Assembly (NCBI GenBank): GCA_963666985.2
Contig: CAXXIA010000002.1
Location: 1,984,001 to 2,048,000 of the forward strand
From: Spirochaetia bacterium
Lineage (GTDB): Bacteria > Spirochaetota > Spirochaetia > DSM-2461
Reading direction: 5' to 3'
DNA length: 64,000 nt
A program made the position numbers and the translations under genes. Below are positions 9,677 through 18,811 of this stretch, one piece after another (the stretch's first letter is position 1; every line of letters begins with the position of its first letter). The notes under the pieces were generated by a model. The model was not told the origin of the DNA. It was given only the letters and a program-made list of their open reading frames with translations, and made no database searches.

Positions 9677-11083
9677 TTAATCTTGATATCCGAGAGCCGA
9701 AAGCGCCGCCGGAGAAAATGATTTTTCAATAATGCTTCCGTCCAGTTTTTGTTCGAGGAATACGCGGAGAAACGGACGTTCCTCTTTGGGAGTGGAAATG
9801 TACTCCGTAACGAGTTTTGCCGTTTCCGTGTATCCGATATGAGGAATGAGCGCGGTAAGCACCATCGGTTCGCGGTCCAGCAAATCTCCGCAGACCTCCG
9901 GCGATGCGTCGATAAGAACAATGTGGGACCGCAGCATGATGTCGGCATTGCGGAGCAGCTTGAGCGCTTCGATGAACGTATCCGCGATGAGCGGGAGAAA
10001 TTCGTTTATTTGAAGAGTTCCCCCCGCCGAAGCTTCCGCGATAAGAGCCATATCGGCTTTTGCTTTCATGGCGGCTTGAATAACCGCTTCCGGAATCACC
10101 GGATTCACCTTGCCCGGCATAATCGATGAACCGACCTGAACGGCGGGCAGCTTTATTTCACCGGTAAAAGAAAGGAATCGCAGATCACGGGCCGCCTTTT
10201 GAAGATTTACGGCATGGGCGGTGATAATACCGGCGACTTCCACCAGCGAATCGGAATTGGCCGTTTGGTCCACTAAATTTTCCGCCCGGGCCAAACCGTA
10301 TCCGGTCAGTTCGCGTAAATTTTCAATTACTCGGAAAATATATCGTTTCGGCGCGGTGAGTCCCGTGCCGACCGCGGTACCGCCTATATTGACGACGCGC
10401 AGTCGTTCTTCGCATTTGAACGTGCGCCACCGGTCGCGGCCGAAAGCTTCCGAATATGAAGAGAAGATCGTGCCCAGCGTCATGGGCACGGCCGCTTGCC
10501 ACTCGGTTCTTCCGGTTGTAACAATGTGCGCGAAAGCCTTTTCTTTCTCCTGAAAGGCTCCTTGGAGCGCCTCCGTCGTACCGGCCAGTTTCCGAATCAA
10601 TTCGATAAGGCAGATTTTCAAGGCGCTTGGAAAGGTGTCGTTTGTCGATTGGTGAAGGTTCACGTGGGCTAGAGGATCGACGCCGTCATCTCCGTAGTCA
10701 CCGGGCCGCCGCCCCAGGAAAAGATTCGCCTGATTGGCGATAACCTCGTTGATGTTCATATTCAAGGACGTTCCCGCTCCGCCCTGGAGAGCGTCCACGG
10801 GAAACTCTTCATCCAATTCATGGGAAAGTATCCGGTCGCAGGCGTTTCTAATAGCCTCCGCCCTTCGGCCGTCCAGATAATTCAGTTCGTAATTTGTTTT
10901 CGCACAGGCCTTTTTAACAAGGGCATACGCACGAATCAGATGCGGATCCACCGGCCGGCCGGCGAGGGGAAAATTTTCAACCGCCCGAGCCGTATGGATG
11001 CCCCATAACGCGGAGGCGGGAATGTTTTTTTTCCCAAGGGTATCCGATTCTTCTCTGTAATGAGATTCTGTGTCGTCTTTCAC
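9677..11083 (-). CDS. aspA: Aspartate ammonia-lyase (fumarase/aspartase superfamily)
   Basis: QGGAGTS, QSTND, signature GSSIMPGKVNP. Confidence 0.9.
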   Translation of the reverse strand: MKDDTESHYREESDTLGKKNIPASALWGIHTARAVENFPLAGRPVDPHLIRAYALVKKACAKTNYELNYLDGRRAEAIRNACDRILSHELDEEFPVDALQGGAGTSLNMNINEVIANQANLFLGRRPGDYGDDGVDPLAHVNLHQSTNDTFPSALKICLIELIRKLAGTTEALQGAFQEKEKAFAHIVTTGRTEWQAAVPMTLGTIFSSYSEAFGRDRWRTFKCEERLRVVNIGGTAVGTGLTAPKRYIFRVIENLRELTGYGLARAENLVDQTANSDSLVEVAGIITAHAVNLQKAARDLRFLSFTGEIKLPAVQVGSSIMPGKVNPVIPEAVIQAAMKAKADMALIAEASAGGTLQINEFLPLIADTFIEALKLLRNADIMLRSHIVLIDASPEVCGDLLDREPMVLTALIPHIGYTETAKLVTEYISTPKEERPFLRVFLEQKLDGSIIEKSFSPAALSALGYQD

Positions 11084-11910
11084 GTTTTCCCTCTTTGATG
11101 CGGCGCTTCACACCTGTGTTCCCGCGACGCGGATGAGATTTGAGAGCGCATGATGGATTCTTCGATTTGGGCGACATTCTCCGCAAAGGCCGAAGCGGTT
11201 CGTTGACGCGGGCGTTCCAGAGTGATGGCGATGTCGTGAACTATGGTTCCTTCGTTCATCGTAAGAACCCTGTCCGCTAAGAGAACCGCTTCTCCGATGT
11301 CATGGGTAACAAGAAAAATCGTCGGCTGCCGTTCCTTCCATAACCGATCCAGTTCTTGCTGAAGCTGCAAGCGCGTAAAGGCGTCGAGAGCGCCGAACGG
11401 TTCATCCAAAAGCCATAAGGAGCGGTTCTGGCATAATGCCCGTGCAAGATTAATGCGCTGTGCCATCCCCCCGGAAAGATGGCGCGGATAGGATGCAAGC
11501 CGCTTTTCCATGTGTACAAGAGTCGCGGCGTCCCGAATACGTCTGCGGGCATCCTCTTCCGGCACGTGTTCGGAGCGAAGAGCCAGCAGCAGATTTTTTT
11601 CAACCGTAAGCCAGGGAAGCAGCCTGGCATCCTGGAAGACCAGAGCCGAGACACCGCGGGCCCGATCCTGCCGAACCCCTTCAAATTCGATTGTTCCGTC
11701 ATTGGGTGTACGCAGACCGGCGATAAGACGAAGTAAAGACGTTTTTCCGCAGCCGCTGGAACCGACAATGGCTGTAAACCCGCCCGCATCGACACGAAGA
11801 GAAAGGGCGTTGACCGCCGTAACAGGATTGGAGCCATTCTCGTAGATGCATGTAAGATGGCGGAGATTTACGGCAATCAAAGGCGCTCCTTTGATTGCTC
11901 GGCCGTCCAC
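11080..11910 (-). CDS. ABC transporter ATP-binding subunit (SsuB/TauB/NitT type)
   Basis: GSSGCGKTS, LSGGMAQR, LLDEPFGALD, VTHD. Confidence 0.93.
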   Translation of the reverse strand: MDGRAIKGAPLIAVNLRHLTCIYENGSNPVTAVNALSLRVDAGGFTAIVGSSGCGKTSLLRLIAGLRTPNDGTIEFEGVRQDRARGVSALVFQDARLLPWLTVEKNLLLALRSEHVPEEDARRRIRDAATLVHMEKRLASYPRHLSGGMAQRINLARALCQNRSLWLLDEPFGALDAFTRLQLQQELDRLWKERQPTIFLVTHDIGEAVLLADRVLTMNEGTIVHDIAITLERPRQRTASAFAENVAQIEESIMRSQISSASREHRCEAPHQRGKT

Positions 11911-12671
11911 GGAGAAAGGCGGAGCGTTATCGCGCCGAGTATGCCCTCAAAGATAAATCCCAGCACCCCAATCGCCAGAATGCCGACCAGAACGCGGTCG
12001 GTTCTCGCCATTTCCTGTGAGTCCAAGATGAGATATCCAAGCCCCGAAGCGGCGGCAAAAAGTTCGGCTCCGACCAAAGCGCGCCAAGAATATCCGAAAC
12101 CGATGCGTAAGCCCGTTACTATGTGGGGAAAGGCGCCGGGAAGAAGAATAAAGCGAAGGCGATCAAATCCGGAGAGATTCAGGGTTGCCGCCAGTTCGTG
12201 CCATCGGGTATCAACCTGTTGAAAACCGTCAAAGGCGTTTAAGAATATGGGAAAAAAAGCGGCTAATACTATAACGGCGATCTTCGAACTTTCGCCTATA
12301 CCGAACCAAAGGATGAGCAGCGGAATAAGGGCCAGCGGCGGAGTTGCCCGCAGAAATGAGAGAAGAAACGAACTTCGTTCCATCCAGCGGATTCTCCGGT
12401 GAAGAAACAGAGCCAAGGGAAGGGCAATGGAAACAGTTATGCCGTATCCGATAAAGACGCGGCGAAGACTGACGGCAATATGATGCGGCAGCGACCCGGA
12501 GAGAGTTAACCTCCATCCTTCGCGCAGAACCTTTTCCGGCGAAGGAATCAAATAGTCATTTATAAGTTCCAATTTGGAAAGAAGACCCCACAGCAGGAGC
12601 AGCATTAGCGGCAGCCATGATTTTCTTATAAGAGTTGAAAATCTTAAAGGAGATCTCCGAAACAACGTCAT
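11877..12671 (-). CDS. ABC transporter permease (SsuC/TauC type)
   Basis: Six TM segments, ILWFGIGE, WRALVGAE...GLG motifs. Confidence 0.92.
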   Translation of the reverse strand: MTLFRRSPLRFSTLIRKSWLPLMLLLLWGLLSKLELINDYLIPSPEKVLREGWRLTLSGSLPHHIAVSLRRVFIGYGITVSIALPLALFLHRRIRWMERSSFLLSFLRATPPLALIPLLILWFGIGESSKIAVIVLAAFFPIFLNAFDGFQQVDTRWHELAATLNLSGFDRLRFILLPGAFPHIVTGLRIGFGYSWRALVGAELFAAASGLGYLILDSQEMARTDRVLVGILAIGVLGFIFEGILGAITLRLSPWTAEQSKERL

Positions 12672-12681
12672 TTTTGACTAT

Positions 12682-13647
12682 CTACCGGCCCAAGGCGGAG
12701 GGCAAAATGAAATCGTCCGGATTCACTTCCCGTTCGATCATACCCTGCCGAAGAAGAAACCGTATGTCATCGTTCATGCTCGCCACGTCTTCCGGAGAAA
12801 GACTGAGTGTAAAATCGGACCAGTCGTAAAGCATGCGGGCATCGTCCATACTGATTTCATGCTCCGCGGCGCCGATTGCGAGGGCCTCTTCGGTATTGAG
12901 CTCAATGTAATCCATGGCTTTTTCTTGAACGGAGATATACCGGCTTATAAGTTCCGGATATTCATTCCAAAACTCCGGACGCACTCCAACCACAAGTTTC
13001 GGAATCGCATAGCCTTCGGCCGTTGCGAGAAGACGGCAGCCTGCCTCTTTGTTCCGGATAATAAGGCTTGCCGCCTGCAGTGCCGCATCAACTTGGCCGT
13101 CCAGCAGCGCCGCCCGAGACTGCGGAAGACCCATGGAAAAAAATTCGATGTCCGATTCCGTAAGACCTTCCGAGGCCAGGGCCGCGATAAGAATCTGATG
13201 AAGCACCGTTCCTTTGGGACCGGCAACTTTCGCTCCCCGTAATTCGGCAATTGTTTGAGGACCGTTCGGACCCGTCATGATGCCGAAAGTTTTTTGCGGA
13301 CGGCTGAATCCGGATGCGATAAGAACCTGATTCCCCGCGGCATTCGCCAGAACAACCGAAGTACTGTTGATAACGGAGGCAATATCGAGAGAGCCTGCGG
13401 CCATTGCTTCCGCCTGGCGGGCTCCGGAGGTTATTTCGTGCCAGTTAATTGTAATTTCATCGTCTTCAAATTCTTGTTCGAGCAATCCTTGTTCCTTCAT
13501 GATGATGATGGGCAGGTTGAAGGGAGAGGTAACATAGGAAACGTTTATTGCAGTCGGCTTCGGATTTATTTCAGCCCGGCCTGCCGAAACAAAAAGGAAG
13601 AGTGCCGCGGAAACCGTCAGAATGATAAAAATGCCGTTTTTCTTCAT
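12682..13647 (-). CDS. ABC transporter substrate-binding protein (SsuA/NMT1-Thi5 type)
   Basis: Signal peptide; SG..QAEAMAAGSLDIA and LRGAKVAGPKGT motifs. Confidence 0.88.
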   Translation of the reverse strand: MKKNGIFIILTVSAALFLFVSAGRAEINPKPTAINVSYVTSPFNLPIIIMKEQGLLEQEFEDDEITINWHEITSGARQAEAMAAGSLDIASVINSTSVVLANAAGNQVLIASGFSRPQKTFGIMTGPNGPQTIAELRGAKVAGPKGTVLHQILIAALASEGLTESDIEFFSMGLPQSRAALLDGQVDAALQAASLIIRNKEAGCRLLATAEGYAIPKLVVGVRPEFWNEYPELISRYISVQEKAMDYIELNTEEALAIGAAEHEISMDDARMLYDWSDFTLSLSPEDVASMNDDIRFLLRQGMIEREVNPDDFILPSALGR

Positions 13648-13690
13648 GGTAAAGATCCTTCATATCCGCATCTGCGGGATTTTAATTGAG

Positions 13691-13939
13691 TTAGAGTTTT
13701 GCGAGAGTTGATTTCACCGTGACATCGGGTATCATTCCGATTTTGCCGGTTAAATCTCCGATTTTGTCCGTTGACGCGTCGACGATCAGCGTAATGATAT
13801 TCAGGTTTCTTTCCCGATACGGGAGGCCCAATCGGCCGATAATGATTTCACCGAATTGGGATAATAACGAATTAACTTCGGCTACGGATGAGGCTCTGTT
13901 CTTGACGATAATCGCGATAACTCCTACGGCTTTCTGCAT
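13691..13939 (-). CDS. TM1266-family putative iron-only hydrogenase system regulator (ACT-like, 82 aa)
   Basis: VGVIAIIV..VNSLLS..IIGRLGLPY..LTGKIG.IPDVTVKS pattern; GGAG SD upstream of ATG 13939. Confidence 0.88.
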   Translation of the reverse strand: MQKAVGVIAIIVKNRASSVAEVNSLLSQFGEIIIGRLGLPYRERNLNIITLIVDASTDKIGDLTGKIGMIPDVTVKSTLAKL

Positions 13940-14010
13940 AAGACATCTCCTTTCCGGCAATGGAATCGGAGCGATCGCACAATCGCGTATCGCCATTTTT
14001 CCATGACCAA

Positions 14011-14173
14011 ATGAACCTGAGGGAAAAGGATAATGTGCTTTGATTAGAAAGGTCGCAGAGTATCCGCCCGCCGCAATTCCGCACGCATATTGCGGCCATT
14101 CCGGCATCGTGGATTGATGAGAAACTCAATTACGACCCTCGGCTTCAGACGGTATCCTTACCTCAGGCTGTAT
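14011..14173 (-). ncRNA. Candidate structured RNA (leader of the hyd operon, or 6S-like RNA)
   Basis: Nested complementary blocks 14153-14167/14016-14032, 14121-14139/14049-14064, 14071-14077/14089-14095; mismatches become G-U pairs on the minus strand. Confidence 0.45.
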
Positions 14174-14184
14174 GTCGGATTTCT

Positions 14185-14206
14185 ATACCGTTTCTGAGAA
14201 CGGTAT
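14185..14206. promoter_or_regulatory. Palindromic operator-like site
   Basis: ATACCGTT-N6-AACGGTAT perfect 8-bp inverted repeat. Confidence 0.45.
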
Positions 14207-14433
14207 GCGAATCGCTGTATTAGCTTTGCAGTATCGGGAAAAAATAGCAAGAAGAAAATCGAATCGGTTCGGTATTTCCCGCATCTTCGACGATTCAATC
14301 CGAAATTCAGAGCATTTAAGTCCGAATCGATCACCGGGGCGGCCTGTTGGATCACGGCAATTTTCTTCAACGGTAATTCCGCACCATGAAATCAAACAGC
14401 ACCGGAATCTACAAATTTATCCGTGAATTACTG

Positions 14434-14464
14434 AAAAAAGCCGGTGCCCCAAAGACACCGGCTT
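14434..14464 (-). terminator. Intrinsic terminator after gnd
   Basis: AAGCCGGTG...CACCGGCTT stem followed by a T tract on the minus strand. Confidence 0.8.
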
Positions 14465-14540
14465 CAATTCATCTCTTCAATTCATCTCTTCAATTCGTGC
14501 GTCGTATGTCGTACGTCGCACGCGTTATCGGGATTGCTTC

Positions 14541-16049
<1,509 letters not shown>

Positions 16050-16243
16050 ATCCAACTCCTCTTCGAATCTCCACATATATTTTAGTGGGGGGAGCACCCC
16101 CCTCGCTTCGGAACCGTCCGCCGTCCTAGCCTCCGGCGGCACCGGCGCTTTTTAGCGGCTTGGTTGCCCGCCGCCGCTCCGCGCCTCGGTTCCTCCGCTG
16201 CCCCCCTGGGGGCTTTAGCAAACATTCAGAAAAATTCAGATTT

Positions 16244-16330
16244 GGCGTGTAGTCAAGGCGCATCAAGCACAGAAAGCGGAGCGTACTTTTGTACGTGAGC
16301 ATTTCGAGCATTGTCGCAACACCGAGTTAC
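16244..16330. repeat. ERIC-like/miniature palindromic intergenic element
   Basis: CAAGGCG...GCGGAGCGTAC-TTTT-GTACGTGAGC...CGCAAC layout with central hairpin; single copy in window. Confidence 0.4.
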
Positions 16331-16388
16331 CGGGATCGTTCCTCATTTCATTGCGGTACGACCCTTTCTTCACGTCAAAGGTCATTTT

Positions 16389-17660
16389 TCAATCCTTGAA
16401 TCGGCTCTCATGAGCCCACAGCCCCAGAGCCGGATTCCCCACGAAAAAAATCTCCTCGCCGTCCACCGTATTCCATCCGGTTTTCAGCTTTTTCACATCG
16501 TATTTCTCCAGAAGCGGACCCACTTCGGCGTAATTGAATCCCACGCCTTCGGTTTCTTTCCGGCTCAAATGCCCCGGCGCGTAGGTTATGGAAAAGCGGC
16601 CTTCGGAGGAGCCATGAACCAGATGCGCCGCGGCGCTCAGATTCGAACCGATGTCCTCGTTTTCTTCCACGGCCTTCAGCGTGTTCGGCGTGCCCTTATA
16701 CCCGTACTTGCGAATCAGGGCGTCGATTTCCTTATCCTCGCCGAACTCCTTCACTCCCGGTGCCATCACGATCAGCTCGCCGCCGTCGGCCATGGCCATG
16801 CGCGTTCGGTAGATGGATTTATTGCCCAGCCAGGTGCTGCGGAACTCTTCGGGTTCCAGATACACCACGCATTTCCGAATCGGCTTTTCCACCATGGTGA
16901 AGTTCACCTTAACGGCCAAATCGGCGGCCTTTTCAAAACATTCCCGGCCGTCTCCGATGAAAAGACCGCGCAGAACCAGAGCTCCGTCTTCATCAGGTCC
17001 CAGCACCGTGAGCGCCCAGAGAATCGGCAAATGGGAACCGAAATGATCGTAAGCGTAATCCAGAACGGCCCGAACAGGCGTGTCGGCTCGGCCCATCATC
17101 CGTTCCATGCCGTGCACCGCGCCCAGAAAGTGGCTCTTGTGAATCCCCTCGCTGCCGCCGACACCCACGAAGATGTTCTTCGTATAGTTGGCCATTCCCA
17201 CCACTTCATGCGGCACCACCTGACCCGGCGAAAACACCAAGTCGTGTCCCCCCTCGGCCAGAAGGGTATTCACCTGGGCGGGCCATTCGTAATCCAGTTT
17301 TCCTTCGGAGACTTCTTTCATGAATGAACCTGGAACCACGCCCAAAGTCGTTAAATCGGTGCGCCATTTGTGCTCGCGGAAGAGATCGTGGGAAACACCC
17401 GGAAACATTCGGTCCATCTCAGGCTCGGTCATGGCCGTATGGGTTCCCAGCGCGGGCATGATATCCGTAACGGCGGGCCCGTAATACTCCACAAGATCCG
17501 CCGTTAACTCTCCGGCCCGGGAATAGAACCGGGTAATGTCCGGGGGAATGGCCAGCACTTTTTTCCGCTCGCCGATTCGTCCCAGAGCCTCGAAGAGGCC
17601 CGCTTTCATCTCTTCGCGGCTGATAACGGCATCCTCACCGCCGCGCTCAAAATACATCAT
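16389..17660 (-). CDS. LarA/lactate racemase-family protein, probable D-mannonate/D-gluconate 2-epimerase (GntE-like)
   Basis: PDITR, ALGTH, PHEVVGMANYTKN LarA-type motifs; context between uronate genes and gnd. Confidence 0.8.
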   Translation of the reverse strand: MMYFERGGEDAVISREEMKAGLFEALGRIGERKKVLAIPPDITRFYSRAGELTADLVEYYGPAVTDIMPALGTHTAMTEPEMDRMFPGVSHDLFREHKWRTDLTTLGVVPGSFMKEVSEGKLDYEWPAQVNTLLAEGGHDLVFSPGQVVPHEVVGMANYTKNIFVGVGGSEGIHKSHFLGAVHGMERMMGRADTPVRAVLDYAYDHFGSHLPILWALTVLGPDEDGALVLRGLFIGDGRECFEKAADLAVKVNFTMVEKPIRKCVVYLEPEEFRSTWLGNKSIYRTRMAMADGGELIVMAPGVKEFGEDKEIDALIRKYGYKGTPNTLKAVEENEDIGSNLSAAAHLVHGSSEGRFSITYAPGHLSRKETEGVGFNYAEVGPLLEKYDVKKLKTGWNTVDGEEIFFVGNPALGLWAHESRFKD

Positions 17661-17701
17661 GAAATTGCTCCTTCAGGTTGGGCTCGTCCGGCAGGCCCTG
17701 C

Positions 17702-18586
17702 CTAAACCCAAGGCGGATTTTCAGGCAGGGCCGCGTCGAACTCCGCAAGAAGTTTTTCCTGATAGCTCCCGGCGTACGCCCCTTCAAAAAACCGTCTCAT
17801 GGCCTCATCCCGGAATCTGTTCCAACTGTTCTCTTCCGAACCGGGAATTATGGGATAGAACAGAACGCCGTTGGCCTGCGCCGCCTTCAAATCGCCGGGG
17901 GCGTCTCCAATCATCATAATTTTTTCTTTGTCGTATTTCCCTACGGCCGCGAACTCCAGATGCTGCGTTTTGGTACCCCGTTCCTGACCGGCGATGATGC
18001 GGACGAATTTCGCGATATCGTGCTCGGCCCATTCCCGTTCCAAATCGCCGGTGGGAGTCTGGCTTACAACCATCAGATCCGCCTTGGGAGCGGCCGCTTC
18101 GAGAATCCCGGGAACCTGAGGGTAGGGCGGAAGGTTTCGAACGATTTTCGCGATGGCGTCGGTGGCGTCCCTGCTCCAGGCCAAGGCTCTTTGCAGGTCG
18201 GGATGTGGGTTCCGGGAGACTTCCTCTTCCAGGGTGGACTGGCTGAGTTTGCTTTCCCGCTTCGTCCATTCCTTTACTTCGGCCACCGACGGTACGGCGA
18301 TATGCCTGGCCTTGACTTCGCTGCGTTCGGATAAGAGTTCGATAACGCGAATGGCGGCCAGGAAACGATTCACGCCTCTGGTTTTTGAATAGAGATTCAC
18401 GAATTCCAGCGTTTCTCTCGTGATGGTTGAGGCGCCCTGCATGTCGTAGTTGTTCACGAACGCCGGACAGAAGCATTCCTTCTGCTTAATCTCCATGCTG
18501 TCGAAGACACAGCCGTCGGAGTCGAAACCGATGAAAAATTCTTTTTCGGGCCTGAGGTTTTTGAGTTCCTGAACCAAATCGCTCAT
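17702..18586 (-). CDS. HAD-superfamily hydrolase/phosphotransferase
   Basis: Motif I FDSDGC, motif II VVS, motif IV IGDAPGD. Confidence 0.85.
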   Translation of the reverse strand: MSDLVQELKNLRPEKEFFIGFDSDGCVFDSMEIKQKECFCPAFVNNYDMQGASTITRETLEFVNLYSKTRGVNRFLAAIRVIELLSERSEVKARHIAVPSVAEVKEWTKRESKLSQSTLEEEVSRNPHPDLQRALAWSRDATDAIAKIVRNLPPYPQVPGILEAAAPKADLMVVSQTPTGDLEREWAEHDIAKFVRIIAGQERGTKTQHLEFAAVGKYDKEKIMMIGDAPGDLKAAQANGVLFYPIIPGSEENSWNRFRDEAMRRFFEGAYAGSYQEKLLAEFDAALPENPPWV

Positions 18587-18811
18587 TTCGTTTCCTTGCG
18601 ATAATCGATATATTTCGAAACCTAGCTTATGTCGAAGCCTTCGTCAAGAGTGAATGATGTTTCCGCATTCCGAGATTCGGGAAAAACGATCCTGCGGAAA
18701 AGCTTAAGTTCTTCTTTCTTTTAACTTTAACCGCTTCAATCATAAGAGGGAAAGAGAGACTTTTTGTTCAATTATTTGACTTTTACTAAACGTCAATTAA
18801 GAATAAATTTA

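Noticed and set aside
13940..14230. Known riboswitch (TPP, SAM-I, cobalamin, Moco, glycine, lysine) ahead of the NMT1/SsuA-type transporter
   Set aside because: Conserved cores not found by eye; only short chance-level matches such as CTCATCAA. Kept as an unassigned structure
14462..14496. CTTCAATTCATCT tandem repeat (under 3 copies)
   Set aside because: Short slippage duplication beside a terminator; no evidence of function
16050..16142. Longer starts in the ORF track (gnd 16142; also 14107, 28086, 37389, 39835, 52563)
   Set aside because: Downstream starts have better SD or stop-start overlap and match family N-termini
16311..17327. 338-aa plus-strand ORF
   Set aside because: Antisense to the LarA-family gene
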